Origin: Lama guanicoe
Lineage: Eukaryota
Direction of reading: 5' to 3'
Length of the DNA stretch: 64,000 bases
Assembly: GCA_013239625.1 (NCBI GenBank)
Contig: MU055362.1
Location: 18,509,448 to 18,573,447, forward strand
Part shown: positions 1 through 13,330 of the stretch, one piece after another
Layout of the letters: every line of letters begins with the position of its first letter
Numbering within the stretch: position 1 is the stretch's first letter
Position numbers and translations under genes: made by a program
Notes under the pieces: model-generated
Databases searched by the model: none
Seen by the model: the letters and a program-made list of their open reading frames with translations, nothing else
What the model was told of the DNA's origin: nothing

Positions 1-94
1 ATAATAAAATGTAAATTATAATAATGAAAATGATATGAAACTGATTTTTTTTAAATGGAGAGCTCAGTGGGAGAAATAGGAAATCCAGACACAG

Positions 95-485
95 GATTAC
101 ATATAATATTTCTTATCAGTATATGTATCATGATATATATCATAAAATATTATATATTATATGTGCATATATTTACATATATTTAAATATGATATATAAC
201 ATGATATTGTATATCATATAATACACATGTTATATATAATTATATATTTACATTATAATGTATAATATTGTATATGTGTATATATGTTATATACATGTAT
301 GTATACATGTTGTATATATGAATTATAATACACAATATAATATACATTATACAATATATAATGATATACAATATACATTATAATACAATATTATATACAC
401 AGTATAATATAGTATATAATACTAAACATTACAATATATGACATTATACAATATAATATTTATATTTCATACATATATAATTTAG
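95..485. repeat. Degenerate (TA)n / AT-rich low-complexity tract
   Basis: Long run of TATA, TACA and ATTA units with very little G or C. Confidence 0.85.
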
Positions 486-489
486 TATG

Positions 490-960
490 TGATAGAGATG
501 GATTTAAGGATATGATGCTATAGATGCTACAAAAACTAGCACATTATTTAGACAATGATAAAGTCAGTGCCATACACCAAGATATTTTTCAATGAATTAA
601 AAGCTTAAATTGTTTAATGATAAAATAAAAATAATCTTTTAAAAATTAGTAGATTATTCTGATCCTTGTGTGAGGAAGGACTTTCTAAGAATAAAAACAA
701 AGAAAGAAATTAAAAGGAAAAGACTGATATATTTTTCTATAAAGTTTTTAAATTCTCCATGTCAAAAAATGTCATAAAAAGTGATAAAAAGCAGACTACA
801 AATGGCCAAAATATTTGTTCCATGAACATTCCAAATATTTCTACCACTAATATGTTACAAATCAATAAGAAAAAGGTGTATGCCCCATTGGAAATAAGGG
901 TGACTGTGGTAATCACTTCACAAAGATTACTTCAAATCAGAAACACAGAGATTGTGGTCA
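490..960 (+). mobile_element. Old LINE-1 (L1M-type) fragment
   Basis: A-rich sequence resembling the L1 ORF2 3' region (gaggaaggactttctaag; aaaaagcagactacaaatgg). Boundaries approximate. Confidence 0.55.
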
Positions 961-2178
961 AATAAGAGAAAATTGAACCACTGAGGGTTTTTTTCATTTA
1001 TATGATTGACAATGGCAAAATATTTGCCCCTTTAAATGTAAAGAAACCATATTTAACAGCCATCCTAAGTCTAAAGTTAATTAAAGTGAATGTTTGGGCA
1101 AAGCTTAGAGCTCACAGTTCAGGGCAGATGTGGAGCTATTCTTGTGGCTGGAGACTTTGTTCTGATTTATTCAATTCACCAGACATTTTAAACCAGCTAC
1201 TGTTATGTAGATGACCACACATGGGAAAAACACAGATCATTAAGAGGCTTCTGCCCAGAAAGATGAAGGCTGAGAAAATATGGTTGATGTCTTTAAGACC
1301 TTGAATAGCATGCATGCACTGAATGGTATGTTCACTGAAAACCAGAACTGGCGGAGAGGGGGAAGCCCCTAAACAATTTAGGCGGCCCTGTTTTCCATGG
1401 CAAGTTAGAAACTCTGAAGTCATTACCCCATCAAAGGAGAGAAAAGCAAATACAACACAAGTACCAAATGTTTTGTATCAAACATAAAAATAAAACATGA
1501 TAATAGAAAATACAGTAGACATTAAGGTGATGGGGAATAGACTTTTGTAAGTTCAAGTACATGTGTGGATACAGATTGGATATTTATTAATCAGTTACAA
1601 ATAGACCCTGGAATGGTTAGCAGAATCACATTACTTCTAGTTTAGAATTATTCTTTTTAGTTTAGAATTATTGAGAATGACCAAAACTTAGCACCGTGGT
1701 TTGCAGACACTCTTCTGTTTGCATTTTTGACTCCGGTCTCCTGCCTGGAGGCACTTCCTCTCCTTCCCACCACATTAATAGTCTTCAGTGACAGGGTTTT
1801 GAGGATGACATTTTGGGTTCTCATATTGGTGACAATCCTGAAGATTGAAAATCTTCCATTTTATAATTAAACAAAAGTCATAAACTAGGATGAAAGTAAA
1901 GTCATAGAAAAGAAGTTATTTTATATGTGAAAACCTTTGATTCATTTGTTTTGTGTGCCACTCTGGGCCCGCCCCACTGACATTCCTCATTTGATCAGTT
2001 GAAAGGCCACTTTAGAAGTGCCACTTCATTGTAAACTGAAGATGAGTGCTTCACTGGGGTGACCATGCTTACACGGGTATGTCTCGCTGGTCATGTTTCA
2101 CTGTACTCCTGGTAAGAAGTGGCCTGTGTGTTTGTACATTTACGCAGAACACCTGAATGCGTGTCCTCCTCTGACTCT

Positions 2179-2358
2179 NNNNNNNNNNNNNNNNNNNNNN
2201 NNNNNNNNNNNNNNNNNNNNNNNNNNNNNNNNNNNNNNNNNNNNNNNNNNNNNNNNNNNNNNNNNNNNNNNNNNNNNNNNNNNNNNNNNNNNNNNNNNNN
2301 NNNNNNNNNNNNNNNNNNNNNNNNNNNNNNNNNNNNNNNNNNNNNNNNNNNNNNNNNN
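2179..2358. other. Assembly gap (180 N)
   Basis: Run of N. Confidence 1.
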
Positions 2359-5300
2359 GATGGCACAAAAAACCACCCCGAGGGGCTTCAGGCCCCTGTG
2401 AGAATTTCATACCAGGTGGGACCCCTTTAAGACTTTTGAAAGCCGCTTCTGGAATCATGATACCTGCTCTTTGCAGGTTTCAAATGATCACTGATAAACA
2501 GCTTTTTCTCCAAGGAAACCCCCTTTCTCACACTTAGAGGAATTATTCATAAAGTGTTCATAAAAATACTTGCCATTTGTTCATTTATTTCTTCATCCAA
2601 CAAATTTCTGTTGAGCATTTTCCCTCAGCCAGTTGATGTAATGCCCGGAAGGCTTCTTTGTGTGCCTATGCCTGAACCAAGACTAGAGATATAAAATCTG
2701 TTCTTATGATACACCAGCCGAGCCTGCGGAAATAAGTCTCCACGTGTTGGAGAGCTATAACACCAGAAACCTAGGCATATGCCAGTGCGTCCCAAGCTGG
2801 GCGTGCCTAGATGTAGTGATGCCAACTTGAGAGCCATTTTCAGTATTTCAAAAACCTTTTCAGCTATTCTAAACGTTAAGAGGTTAAATAAAATCTAGGC
2901 GTCCTTTTTTAGGGGACCAGACTGAATAATCAGCATGGTAATGTGGGGTTATCCTCTTTTTCATCTAAGGCTCTGGTTGTCAGAGTTGTCTTTAAACATA
3001 GGAATAACCATTATCAATCAATCAATAAAGTTTGGCAGATAAAATATGTTAAAACATGAGGATCATAAGGTAAAAACTTAAAACTGAACCTAAAGTGAAA
3101 CCCATCTGACTAAATAAGCTTTCTTACATCACTTCCTATTTAAGGAGCAGTGTAGGCAGCTCTGGAAATAGGAACTCTTTCTCTTAATGCAGAGAGGCCT
3201 TGAGGGGAGTGGGAGTGAGGGAGAAGGAAGCAAGTGCCTCCAGCCAGACCTTCATCAGAGCTGATCACGGCTGATCGCGCGGTGGAGAGCACAAAGCGCC
3301 CGAGTGGTCAGGTTACCACAGACGCTCCTTCCCCTTCCTTGATGAGAGAGGAGCCAAGCCAGTTAACTTATCATGATAAGATTTTTCAAAGAATCACTCT
3401 GAGCGTAGAGGAGCCAGGGGCCAGTTGTCTTGTCTGTAGATACAAGTGCCTATTGTGGATGAGAGGAGGCTGCTTTGGGCAGAGGCCAGACGCTGTCAAC
3501 ATCCCTTTTGCTCAACAGGAAGCTCAGTCCAATACCTGACAGAGAGTGACTGCTTTATGGCCTTGGCTGGAGATATCTGATCACCACACAAGGACACATT
3601 GTATTCCTTGTCTCCACCCTGTCACTGAGGTAACCACCCAAAAGGTGGACCCCTAGCTTCAAGAGAGAAAAATTACTCTTGGCACCTTTTGTCTGTATTG
3701 GGAAGCACATCAGTATGTGCCCTTTGGACTCGGGGTCTGAGGACCCAGGGGAAAAATGTCGGTTGCCAAGCCACAGACTTAGCAGGATTTGGGGGTCCTC
3801 ACAGAGGTCTCCTTACGTAGCTTCATCCCAGTGATCATCCTGCCATTCTTTGACATTCTTGTGGGAGGTTGTAACTAATATTCTAAGTATACTGTGCACT
3901 CAGGGCCAGTGCCTCATTCAGCTTTGTTTTCTTGGTGTCTAGTAAAGTGACTGGGCTGAAGAAGGTCTCAGTGAGTGATGAATGAGTGAATGAATGAAGG
4001 CAGAAAGAAGGCTTCAAGACATCACTGGTGATTTACAGTTCTAGCTCCCTTCCCCTTTGCCATCAGCACATCAGCCACAGGGATGGGGCGTGGTGGTGCA
4101 GTCAAGAATGCTACCATTTACAAGTGTGAACTCATTCACTGGATCCAGTACTCCCTCTCATCACCGGCTGTCCTCCACTTTCTGTGGGAGGTCACTCCAG
4201 AGCCTCTCTGGGGAAATAGTTCCACTGTGCTCTGTCAGCACCATCCCTCCTTCTCCCTACTTAAAAAAGGAAGATCAGGCTCTACTAATCTACTTCACAG
4301 ATGACATTAATAATAGTTGGGGTGAAGTCTTTTTTGTTCCTATTAGAGAAGAAAGCCCACGTCAGTGGGCTGGCTGAGGATGAGCGGGCTGGAGTCCTCC
4401 ATGTCAGTGGGTGTCTGCTGCCTTAGACAGGTAGGCACGAGGAGAGAAGAAGTACCTCTGCTCCTTCTCTTTGGGAAGACACGTGCCCTGTGCCCCCTCA
4501 TCCTCCACAACAGTCATGACGAAGCCTCCCTGATTCCCTCAGTTTATTTGCGGCCAACGAGGCCAAGGTCACAGAAATGTCCCAGGGTGAGCATGTTAAC
4601 TTCATGCTGTTCAATCTTGACCAGTACTCTGAAAATATATATCCTTGGTCAAAACAAGGATTGGGTGACAAAGTATAAATTTACCAGTAGGACAACCCAG
4701 AGAAAGTGTCTTAAAAGAACTCCTACAATCCAGCGTGTATTGACCCCTTGCTATGTGCCAAGCATCTTGCCAGATATTTGCATTTATATTGTCAAGTTGA
4801 ATTCTGAAGGTTCTGTGGTATCATGCCTAAATGCAAATAATAACGTTAATAATGCAAAGAATTTTACATTTAGAAAGAACCCTTAGCTGTCTTTTGCCTA
4901 GTGTCCTGTATAACACAGAAATTCCATTTACATCTCTCTGGCAGTCATGAACCTCTACGTGAATACCTCACTCCTCTCATGGCATCTCTTGCATTGTGGG
5001 CCATTTCTGACCTCGTAGAGCATTGTCTTCTTCAGTCTGACTGACTGAGGGTAAAAGGTCAGGTACTCCTGCCAAAACCAGCAGGTGCTTTTCTGCTTTG
5101 TGTTCTAGATTCAGCAAATCAGGACACCGGTGGCATGACAGTTCGCACCCTAAGTCCTGTTGTTCAGAGAACAAATAAGTTTTGACTAGGAAACCTTCTT
5201 TTTATAAACTATTCTGCTAACACAATGTATGTTTCTGAGGAGGAGCTGAAGTCTTTAGCCAAGTTCAGAACCAATTGGAATTGTCTGGTGGATACTGAAG

Positions 5301-5398
5301 CAAAATTGAGCCTTTTGGGGTTCAAGTTCGTTTATTATTGGCAAAACACGACTTCCTGTTTTTCAGAAGAAGTTTTTTTAAAAGACTCATAAAAAAGG

Positions 5399-5528
5399 NN
5401 NNNNNNNNNNNNNNNNNNNNNNNNNNNNNNNNNNNNNNNNNNNNNNNNNNNNNNNNNNNNNNNNNNNNNNNNNNNNNNNNNNNNNNNNNNNNNNNNNNNN
5501 NNNNNNNNNNNNNNNNNNNNNNNNNNNN
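5399..5528. other. Assembly gap (130 N)
   Basis: Run of N. Confidence 1.
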
Positions 5529-7067
5529 GATGTTTGGCAAAACATGGCCTGACTTTTACCGAACCCAAAAACGTTGAATTAGATTTGGAGACGATGGACC
5601 AACCCAGTTCTCAAACACATTGACTTTCACTGGAAATGACCGTGGATTTCACAGCATCAGCCCCCTTCCCTTCCCTAGTCTCCCATCTTCACTGGAGACA
5701 TTTCTAGAACAGACTGTTTTTTATCTATAAGTCAAGATGCACCTCCCCACATGACACCCTCACCATGAATCCATGACATTCCAATTCCAGCCCCCTCTTG
5801 ACTCACTTCCTCCTCCTCCTCCCATGGCAACACAGAGATGTCAGGCTGCAAAAGAACAGCCAGAAAGATGAACTCCAGATACATGCATTCTCTGATGGTG
5901 AAAAAGTCTCACCATAACTGAGACATGGAGCAAGATAAGTGTTCTACCAGACAGAAAGGGGCATTAATACGAGAACCAACAGCCACCTGGACTTGCCGGC
6001 ATCAGAAGATCAGCAATTGCCTGTAGGCCATACCTTCAGTCAGACTCCATTTTCTTAGGGAATTGATACTCCTCCAAGATTATTTTTCCTGTAGGCAGAG
6101 AATGTACATTCTTCAGAACTCTGGATTCTCAACACAGTACTTTCAGGTTGGTGCTGCATTCCCCGGCCAAGAATGTGTCTTCACAGCCAACAGGCCTCTG
6201 CTTAATGTCCCTGCCCACCAGCCAAGCAGGGAGAGGGAAGGCCGAGGCAGTCTCCAATGCCAGTTCCTACCTAAGGAGGCCCCCTGGGTTCTGTGAGAGC
6301 CTCGGCAAGTTGGTCTCCGGGCTGGCGTTTAGCTCCGGTTTGTCTCCCCCAGGGGAACTATGTAAATGGAAATCAGACCATTGCCAAGCAGCTTGAAAAG
6401 ATAGCTTTTCCTGAAGCAATGCTGTGGTTTCAGGTCTCCCTCCCACCCACCACTTCCCCACCTCCCGCTCTTCTCCTCTGCAGACTTCAAGGGCTCATCC
6501 TGCCCAGCTCTGCAGAGGAGAAACTCCTAAGTGCAAGCTCTCTCCTCCTCCACTGCCTTTGAGAAGGTGGTTTGAGGGTAGTTAGCAGAAGGGTTTACCG
6601 CAGCCTGGGAAATTGGTACCCATGCGTGCCTACTTTTGCTCACACTCTGAAGCCCAGAGAACTTGGAGTTAATGGTGTCTTCCTCAGTTTGGCACACAGC
6701 TAAGCTAAACTTAAAACCCACCAATGGCATATAGTTGGTGTTCTTTGATGATGATGATAAACACTGACATTGGCTAGCAGCATCTTTTTCAGAGTTCTGG
6801 TGACACAGATCTGCTCAAATAAATTGGCATTCCCTCCTGACTCCAAAAGCTAGTTCACATGTCTCAGGGGACTGAGAAGATGGACCAGAGGAAGAGCGAC
6901 TAGATAGAAGAATCATTTAATAAGTTACCGGAATATCAGTGTAGGCATCCAAAAAGCCTTGAGTGCAATAATGTACCCTCCTACGGATGCAAGAAAAAAC
7001 ATGGGACACAATACCAAAAGGATATACTTGGGGAATTTTTCTCATAACCTTCATGGATTGCTCTAGG

Positions 7068-7220
7068 CAAGTGGTTCCCAAACCAAGCTCATCTGCCAAA
7101 TATCCTGAAAGATTTTTTTTTTAAATACCGATTCCCAGACCCCAGTCACAAATGGACTGAATAAAAATCTCCAAGGATGAGCCCTGGAAACTGTATTTTA
7201 AAAAATCCAAGTGATCATAT
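7068..7220. mobile_element. MER5-like hAT-Charlie DNA transposon remnant
   Basis: caagtggttcccaaac terminus plus internal gattcccagaccc...ctgaat...aatctc...ctgtatttt. Confidence 0.55.
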
Positions 7221-7619
7221 TGACATGCCCTTCATCACTCACTTCTTAATTAGCCCTTTTAGAAGCAAAGATGAGTGACCCAGAGGCTGAGGGGTGCTGT
7301 TTCTGCAAAGAATGATATTTTCCTCTGGGCACAGTTGACTTAGAGTTTCTCTGAACTCCTCCTTTGAAGGCAGGACCAGGTCATTTTTTCTGTTTCCTCT
7401 CATTAACCCATCCAGATGGGGCCCTAAGGGACCCTTTAGAAGCAAAGTCTTTTTTCCTACAAGAGAGAAGGAAATCATTATAGTTTTGTTGATACATGCT
7501 AAAAGGCTCTTGCATGTAGGCATGTAGTTCTCTCAGGCTTCTGAACGTCCTGTGCTGTTTAAAAGGATTCCAAAACAGTGAACAGTTTTATAATCATGGG
7601 GTAGGTAAAGCAAAAACAG

Positions 7620-8990
7620 TAGAAATTAAAAAGGTCAAGAAATTCGATTACTTAATAGTTTGTAACTTTTATGCATCAGGACACAACAATGTAAACAAAC
7701 TGAAGCAGTCAAAGAAAGCTGAGGGAAACTGCAATATACATACAGACAAAGGATCATCTTTAATAAGTAAATAGTTTTTATAAATCAATAGAAAAATACA
7801 CAAAGGACGTGAATAGTCAGTTTACAAAAGAAGAAATAGCAAACAGGCAAATAAAAAAATATTGCACCTCAGTGTGAATTTTTTTAAAGTACAAATTAAT
7901 ACAACATTGAAGTCTCAATATTACCTCTCAGGCTGAGAAAGATATTTTAAGATTAGTATCCCATGTTCTTAAGGGTATGAGGAAATGGGTACTCTCATAC
8001 ATAGGTGATGAAAGCAAATTCATACACGCTTTCTAGAGAATTAATATCAATATTATCAAAATGTGTATATTAGTCAGGATAGGCGAGGTTCTGCTCTGAT
8101 AGTGAAGGACCTCCAACCCCCCATGGCTTCCAAAAAGAAGATGTATTTCTCTTGCGCACTACTTGTCTGTCATGGTTTGGCTATTGCTCTGCTCCTCATA
8201 ATCCTCATTCCAGGATGCAGATCAGTAGAGCACCCTCTATCAAGAACACGGTCAGCCTCACAGCAGAGGGTAAAAGACACATGGCAAAATGTGGGCTGCC
8301 TAGTAAAGCCGCTGCCCAGGGGTTTTAACATGTCCACCCACATCACATTGACCAAAGCCAATCATGGGATCACTCTAAGGTTCAACAGAGCAGGGACAGA
8401 AAAATCTTCCCACAGGAAGGGGCACTACTTGGGAATGAACCGGAAGATTTCATGAGGAATCATTCACTGCCTTCCCTTGGACCTAATGTTTCCAACTTCC
8501 AGGACTTTGCCCATCAAAAATAATCATGAGGTACAAAAAGTTTATGTAAATGAAGTCCTTCATCACATAATTTATAATGGCAAAAAATTAAAAACAACAT
8601 GCTCCAAAAGGGGGGGATTAGTTAAATAATATTACATTTCTATCATTGAAGAATTTAGTGTTCTTTTATAAGTAGAATATATAATAGCAGTAACATGGAA
8701 GCACATTTAAGCTGTTGATGAGAAAAAAAAAAAAACCTGAAAAAAACTGTGTGAATAATGTGATCCCAATTATGTAAAAACTGAGAAATGTGTCTGAATG
8801 TGTCAAAGTACTCAGTAGATATTTGTCAAACTAATAAACTAAAAAATACTGGAAGGCTGTCTACCAAAATGTTATCATATCTTAAGATAGTTGGATTATG
8901 GGGAATTTTTCTTTTTCTTCTTTGTGTTTCTCTATATTTTCCCCTTTCTTCCCCAATCAGTATGCTTTACTTCCTCAGAGAAAGATATTT
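7620..8990 (+). mobile_element. Old L1 3' fragment interrupted by an MLT1-like LTR (about 8068-8455)
   Basis: L1-like text (caaaggacgtgaatagtcagtttacaaaagaagaaata; gaggaaatgggtactctcatac) flanks an MLT1-like block starting tattagtcaggatagg. Confidence 0.55.
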
Positions 8991-9232
8991 TGTTTTCTAA
9001 AATCCCTGCAGTACATTTAAACAAAAATAAAAGAAGCGTGGTGGGAAGTGAATATCTTCTTTGCAGAAAACCATAGTAACAAGGCCTTCCTATCTTTGAA
9101 GGTCTAGGATGGCCGAGAGCCATAAAGTTAATGCCCTTTCCTGGGGAAGTCCTGTTTTGTGCAGCCTATAAATGATTTAGAAGCCTCTAACAGACTAGTG
9201 TGTTTCCATCTTTCCCTTTCTCTGGATACCAG

Positions 9233-9379
9233 CCACAACTATGTTCGAGGGTCCATTACACTGTTCATCATCAACTTGCACCGATCAAGAAAGAAAATCA
9301 AACTGGCTGGGACTCTCAGGGACAAGCTTGTGCACCAGTACCTGCTGCAGCCCTATGGACAGGAGGGCCTCAAGTCCAA
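9233..9379 (+). CDS. HPSE2: Heparanase-2, penultimate coding exon (147 bp): (N)HNYVRGSITLFIINLHRSRKKIKLAGTLRDKLVHQYLLQPYGQEGLKS(K)
   Basis: Pyrimidine tract and AG at 9231-9232; donor AA|gtaagt at 9380. Peptide recognised as the HPSE2 C-terminal domain; phase fits the last exon. Confidence 0.97.
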
Positions 9380-11059
9380 GTAAGTGCCGACCGGAAATAG
9401 CTTAAGAGCAGGAGCCAGGTGTGGAGGGAGCTGGAGTCCCCCTTTGCTGATGGTCAAGGTTGCTGCTAATTCACTCAGGGACTGCTTACTCCCTGTAGGA
9501 CCCTGGTCGAGCCCTTCCCTGTCTCTGGGTTTAGAGTCCCCAGCCAACAGTAAAGTCAAATGATGGACAAAGTATATCTCAACAAGGGCACTCTTGGTAT
9601 CTGTCTTGACTAGATGATTCTTCATTCTTCAGGATGATCACATTTCAAGCTATTTAGTATCCTTGGTCTCTACCCACTAAATGCCAATAGCTCCCCACTC
9701 ATGTGGCAACCAAAACCACTGGTAGTTAAGAACCTCGTTCCTTCCAGCTGTAACATTCTGTAATGCTGTACTTCCTGTTTGTCGTCATCTACAAACCTCA
9801 TGGGGCTTAGCGCAAGGAGCACTAGACAAAGGATCAGAAGTTCAGAGATCAGGAGTCAGTTCTGCTGAGTTAAAAACTCGGATATAATTAAAAGATTTAA
9901 TTTGGGGTTAACTTGGAGTGGTTTTTAATTTAATAAAAAAGAAATGTGAATAAAAACTTGGGAAAAAAATCAAATCAAATCAAATCAAGTCACTGTAAGA
10001 AAGAAATAAGAGACAGTCAGTTCTGCCCCTAAATTTATAACTTTGAGCACATCATCTCCCTGGAACTCAGTTTTCTATCTGAACATTAGGAGAGAAATTA
10101 TATTTTGGGGGCTCTGTGTTTCCTTCAGACTGTATAAATGCACGATTCTGTGATACTCCCTACCTCCCTCAGTCTCGTCTAGAGACTATGGTCAGCACTG
10201 ACCACTACCACCAGAAAGCAGCTCTAGGCCACGGGGAGAAAGGCCTAGTCAAGGGCAAGGCCACCCCAGATCCCAGAGGACGGCCTCCCAGGAAGGGGAT
10301 GGCTACAGACTGGGAGCATTCCTATTCCATTTTAATGTTTACCAAGTTTAACAAAGCTGTAAACTTGGAGCAGGTGGCTATACTCCCACAGCTGCCCACA
10401 ACTATTATGCTGTAATTGTTCGCTATTTCACTGCAACCTTGGTGGCTTGCATTTGGCTTCCAACTGTATGTTCAATGGGAACAAAACAAAATCTGGAAAG
10501 TCACTTACTGAGTCTCTTTAGCCCACCCTAGATCTGTACTTTCAGTCTTGGTTCACATACTGGCTCTTTATTCTGGCTACATGTGCATTGCTCCCACTTT
10601 TCTTTCCTCTCAGTCTTGCTATACCAGCAGGACTCCCGTGAGCGCTTTAGCCCTCTCTCCATTTCCCAGTAGTTCACGGCTTGTGTGCTGAGTTCTGGGT
10701 CTTCATTCTAGGCAGGAGACTGGGTTCTGGTTTACTAAATAATCAGACGACCTGGGCAAGTCCTAATCCCTAGGCCTCAGTTTCCTCGTCTGCAAAATTC
10801 AAGACTTGCTATATATATGGTAAGGTCCCTTCCAGCTCTCAAATTCTCATCCTGGTCTAATTTTTTGAGGACTGTGACTATGGATAAATCTCTCACTGCT
10901 GTTCAGTAATGACCCTCAAAGTCAAGTCTGGCAGAGGGGCTGACTCCTCAGCAGTGACTGTGACATTTCAGGGTCCTCCAGAACCCAAGAGATTAGGAGC
11001 TGAGCCTACCCAGTGTCAGGAAGACCAGGCGGGCCACGTGAAAGGACCTAACCAAAGGC

Positions 11060-11240
11060 CATGTCTGTCAGGCTGAGGCGTCAGCCCCTGCTCTGCCACT
11101 TTCTGGCTGTGGGTCCTGAGGCAAGTTACACAATCTGTGTGAGCCTCAGTCTCCTCATCTGTAAAACCTTGCATGTGGAGAGGAGTAAATGAAGTTACCC
11201 ATGCGAAGTTCCTGACATGGCGAATGCTCAGTAAATGCCC
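11060..11240 (+). mobile_element. MIR SINE
   Basis: MIR core: ctctgccactttctggctgtg...ggcaagttac...gagcctcagtctcctcatctgtaaaa. Confidence 0.75.
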
Positions 11241-12899
11241 GCGGCCGCCTTTTCCTCAACCCAGAGTTCTAGCCGGCTGGGGAAGAAAAGGGAAACAACT
11301 GCTCTGAGAACACTCTTCAAAAGTAGTCTCCTCGGACTTTCAAGACAATGTGTGGCTAAAACATTTGTTAAGATTATGATAAGAACTGCATAAATGCAAA
11401 ACCATGAAATGTGAGGAAATGATGGTCTGGGGGCGGCATCACTTCAGAGCTTGTTTCTCCATCAACTATGGGTACAGGCATCTAACCCTGTTTACCCTGC
11501 TCCACGTCCCAGCCTCCAGGATTGCTCCTCTGATGTTGGAAGCTGGCCACACCTTGGCCCATGTCCTGCCTATACCTGTCCTTAAAGGTGACTGAAGTGA
11601 CTCTCACTGGCTGCCAACACACTGTATTTTCAATTCTGTGGTCTTGCATCTCACCCTGTCACCAGACTGGTGAAGAGCTATGTTATGGCTTTGTTGAGAA
11701 TGTCAGAGAGGGACAAGGAAATAGAGAACTTCATTCCACAGGAGTCCTGAAGAGGAATGTGGTAACACCCAGTAAGATCAAATAGCAATGTTGTGCATTT
11801 GGAAGAAGAGGGAGCTGGAACCGGAAAGTCTGGCTATGAATCCAGTTGCTACCATTTACCTGTGTGGTCAAATCTCAGCTCCCTTACCTGCCAGATGGGG
11901 CTATTGTGAGAATCAACTCAGAGCGTTATGGATGAAACGATGCCTCCTAGAAATGAAAATTTGACACGCTCACGCATACACATACATAGATATGAGCAGC
12001 AGACATACACATAGGACTCTGCATATATTGTATTAAAGACAGCTTGAGATCAGAAGTCAACAGAACTGGATTCCAGCCCTTATCTTGCCACTACTTCACT
12101 GTGGAACTTTGGGCCCTCCATTCACTCCTCTGAGCCTGTTCCTCTTCCTATGAACCACTGCTAACTTAACACCTCTGTCGTTCTAAAGAAGGTGCTGCAC
12201 CATCTTGGACTGTAAGCTGCCGGATGGGGCTGCCGGGTGCACGGTCAGTGAGTGCCACAGCCAGCACTCCTGTAACTGCTAACGAGAGCCAGAGCCCTCA
12301 GTGGTTCTGGATGAGGTCTCACAGGGAGGGTATGGTTTTGGTGTGGCAGACTCTGCAGGACAGGATGAAAGGAAATGCTAGGAAGTGATTTCAGACTTTG
12401 GTGTCTCCTTCTCTCTTCTATAAGCCTCTAGAGCCAGATTCTGTATTCTGTGCCTGCTAATTCCTTGCTATAGCCTGAAGCCATATTAGTTCAGAAGAGG
12501 ATGGAAAGCTCTGGGAACCTGTAATTGCTCCTGTCTGGGGGAACCAGGAAGAGTATACAGAGTGAGTCAGTGTGCCATTCAAGCCACCAACTGGGCACTT
12601 TGGCTTAGAGTTTCAGGAGTAGGGAGAGGCCGGCAAAACTTTTTTGAATGGTGAAGAACATAGGGTAATTCTCTGAGAAGGAGAATTGCCATCAGGGGAG
12701 GAAAGATTTTAGATCTCTGAAGGGTAGCTCCATGTGAACTCAGGACTCAGTGAACTCAGGGCTATCAGGTATCACACAGGAAGTGCCCCTGGGGCCACTA
12801 ACCAGGCACAGTTCAGGTCCACAGTGAAGGTTCCTGTTTCTTATCTCAGTGAGAGAACCAGTCATAAGACCGGCTACTCAAGTCTCGACTCTTTATGTA

Positions 12900-13330
12900 A
12901 GAGACAGTTCTCAGTCAAGGAACCAGACAGAAGGTGGGTGCCCTGTACCCTGTGGGATAGAAAAACAGAAACTTTTAGAAAACTGCAGTGTGTACCAGGG
13001 AAGGGTATTCTGTGTCTGGAATACATATTCTTCAAGGATGGCTGAAGGGAATGGGGAGATTTAATTTAATGAAGGAAAAGGGTAAATTATAAGGACTTTC
13101 TTCAGATATTCAAAGGACTGCTAAATGAAAGAAAACAGATTTGGCCTAGAATCCTCTAAAATGATACAAAACCAGGAGTGCAGTTTAAAAGGGAAAGAGT
13201 TCACCACAAAATGAGCTCATTTTCCAAAGCCTTGTTTGGTTTGACTGAGGACAGGACATGCTTTCTTAGGAGGCAGCCTATTAATCAAAGAGTGAGCAGC
13301 CACGCCAGCCATCTCGGAGATGCTCAGAGA
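12900..13330 (+). mobile_element. Probable L3/CR1 LINE fragment
   Basis: Resembles the CR1 3' region (aaactgcagtgtgtaccagggaaggg; ttcagatattcaaaggactg). Confidence 0.4.

Noticed and set aside
5399-5528. Second gap as a hidden exon
   Set aside because: Left flank is A-rich rather than a pyrimidine tract, and I know of no further HPSE2 exon expected here.
2359-5532. Both N gaps are followed by GATG
   Set aside because: Two cases only; chance or an assembly artefact, with no biological reading.
9967-9988. (AAATC)4 repeat
   Set aside because: Ordinary short microsatellite.
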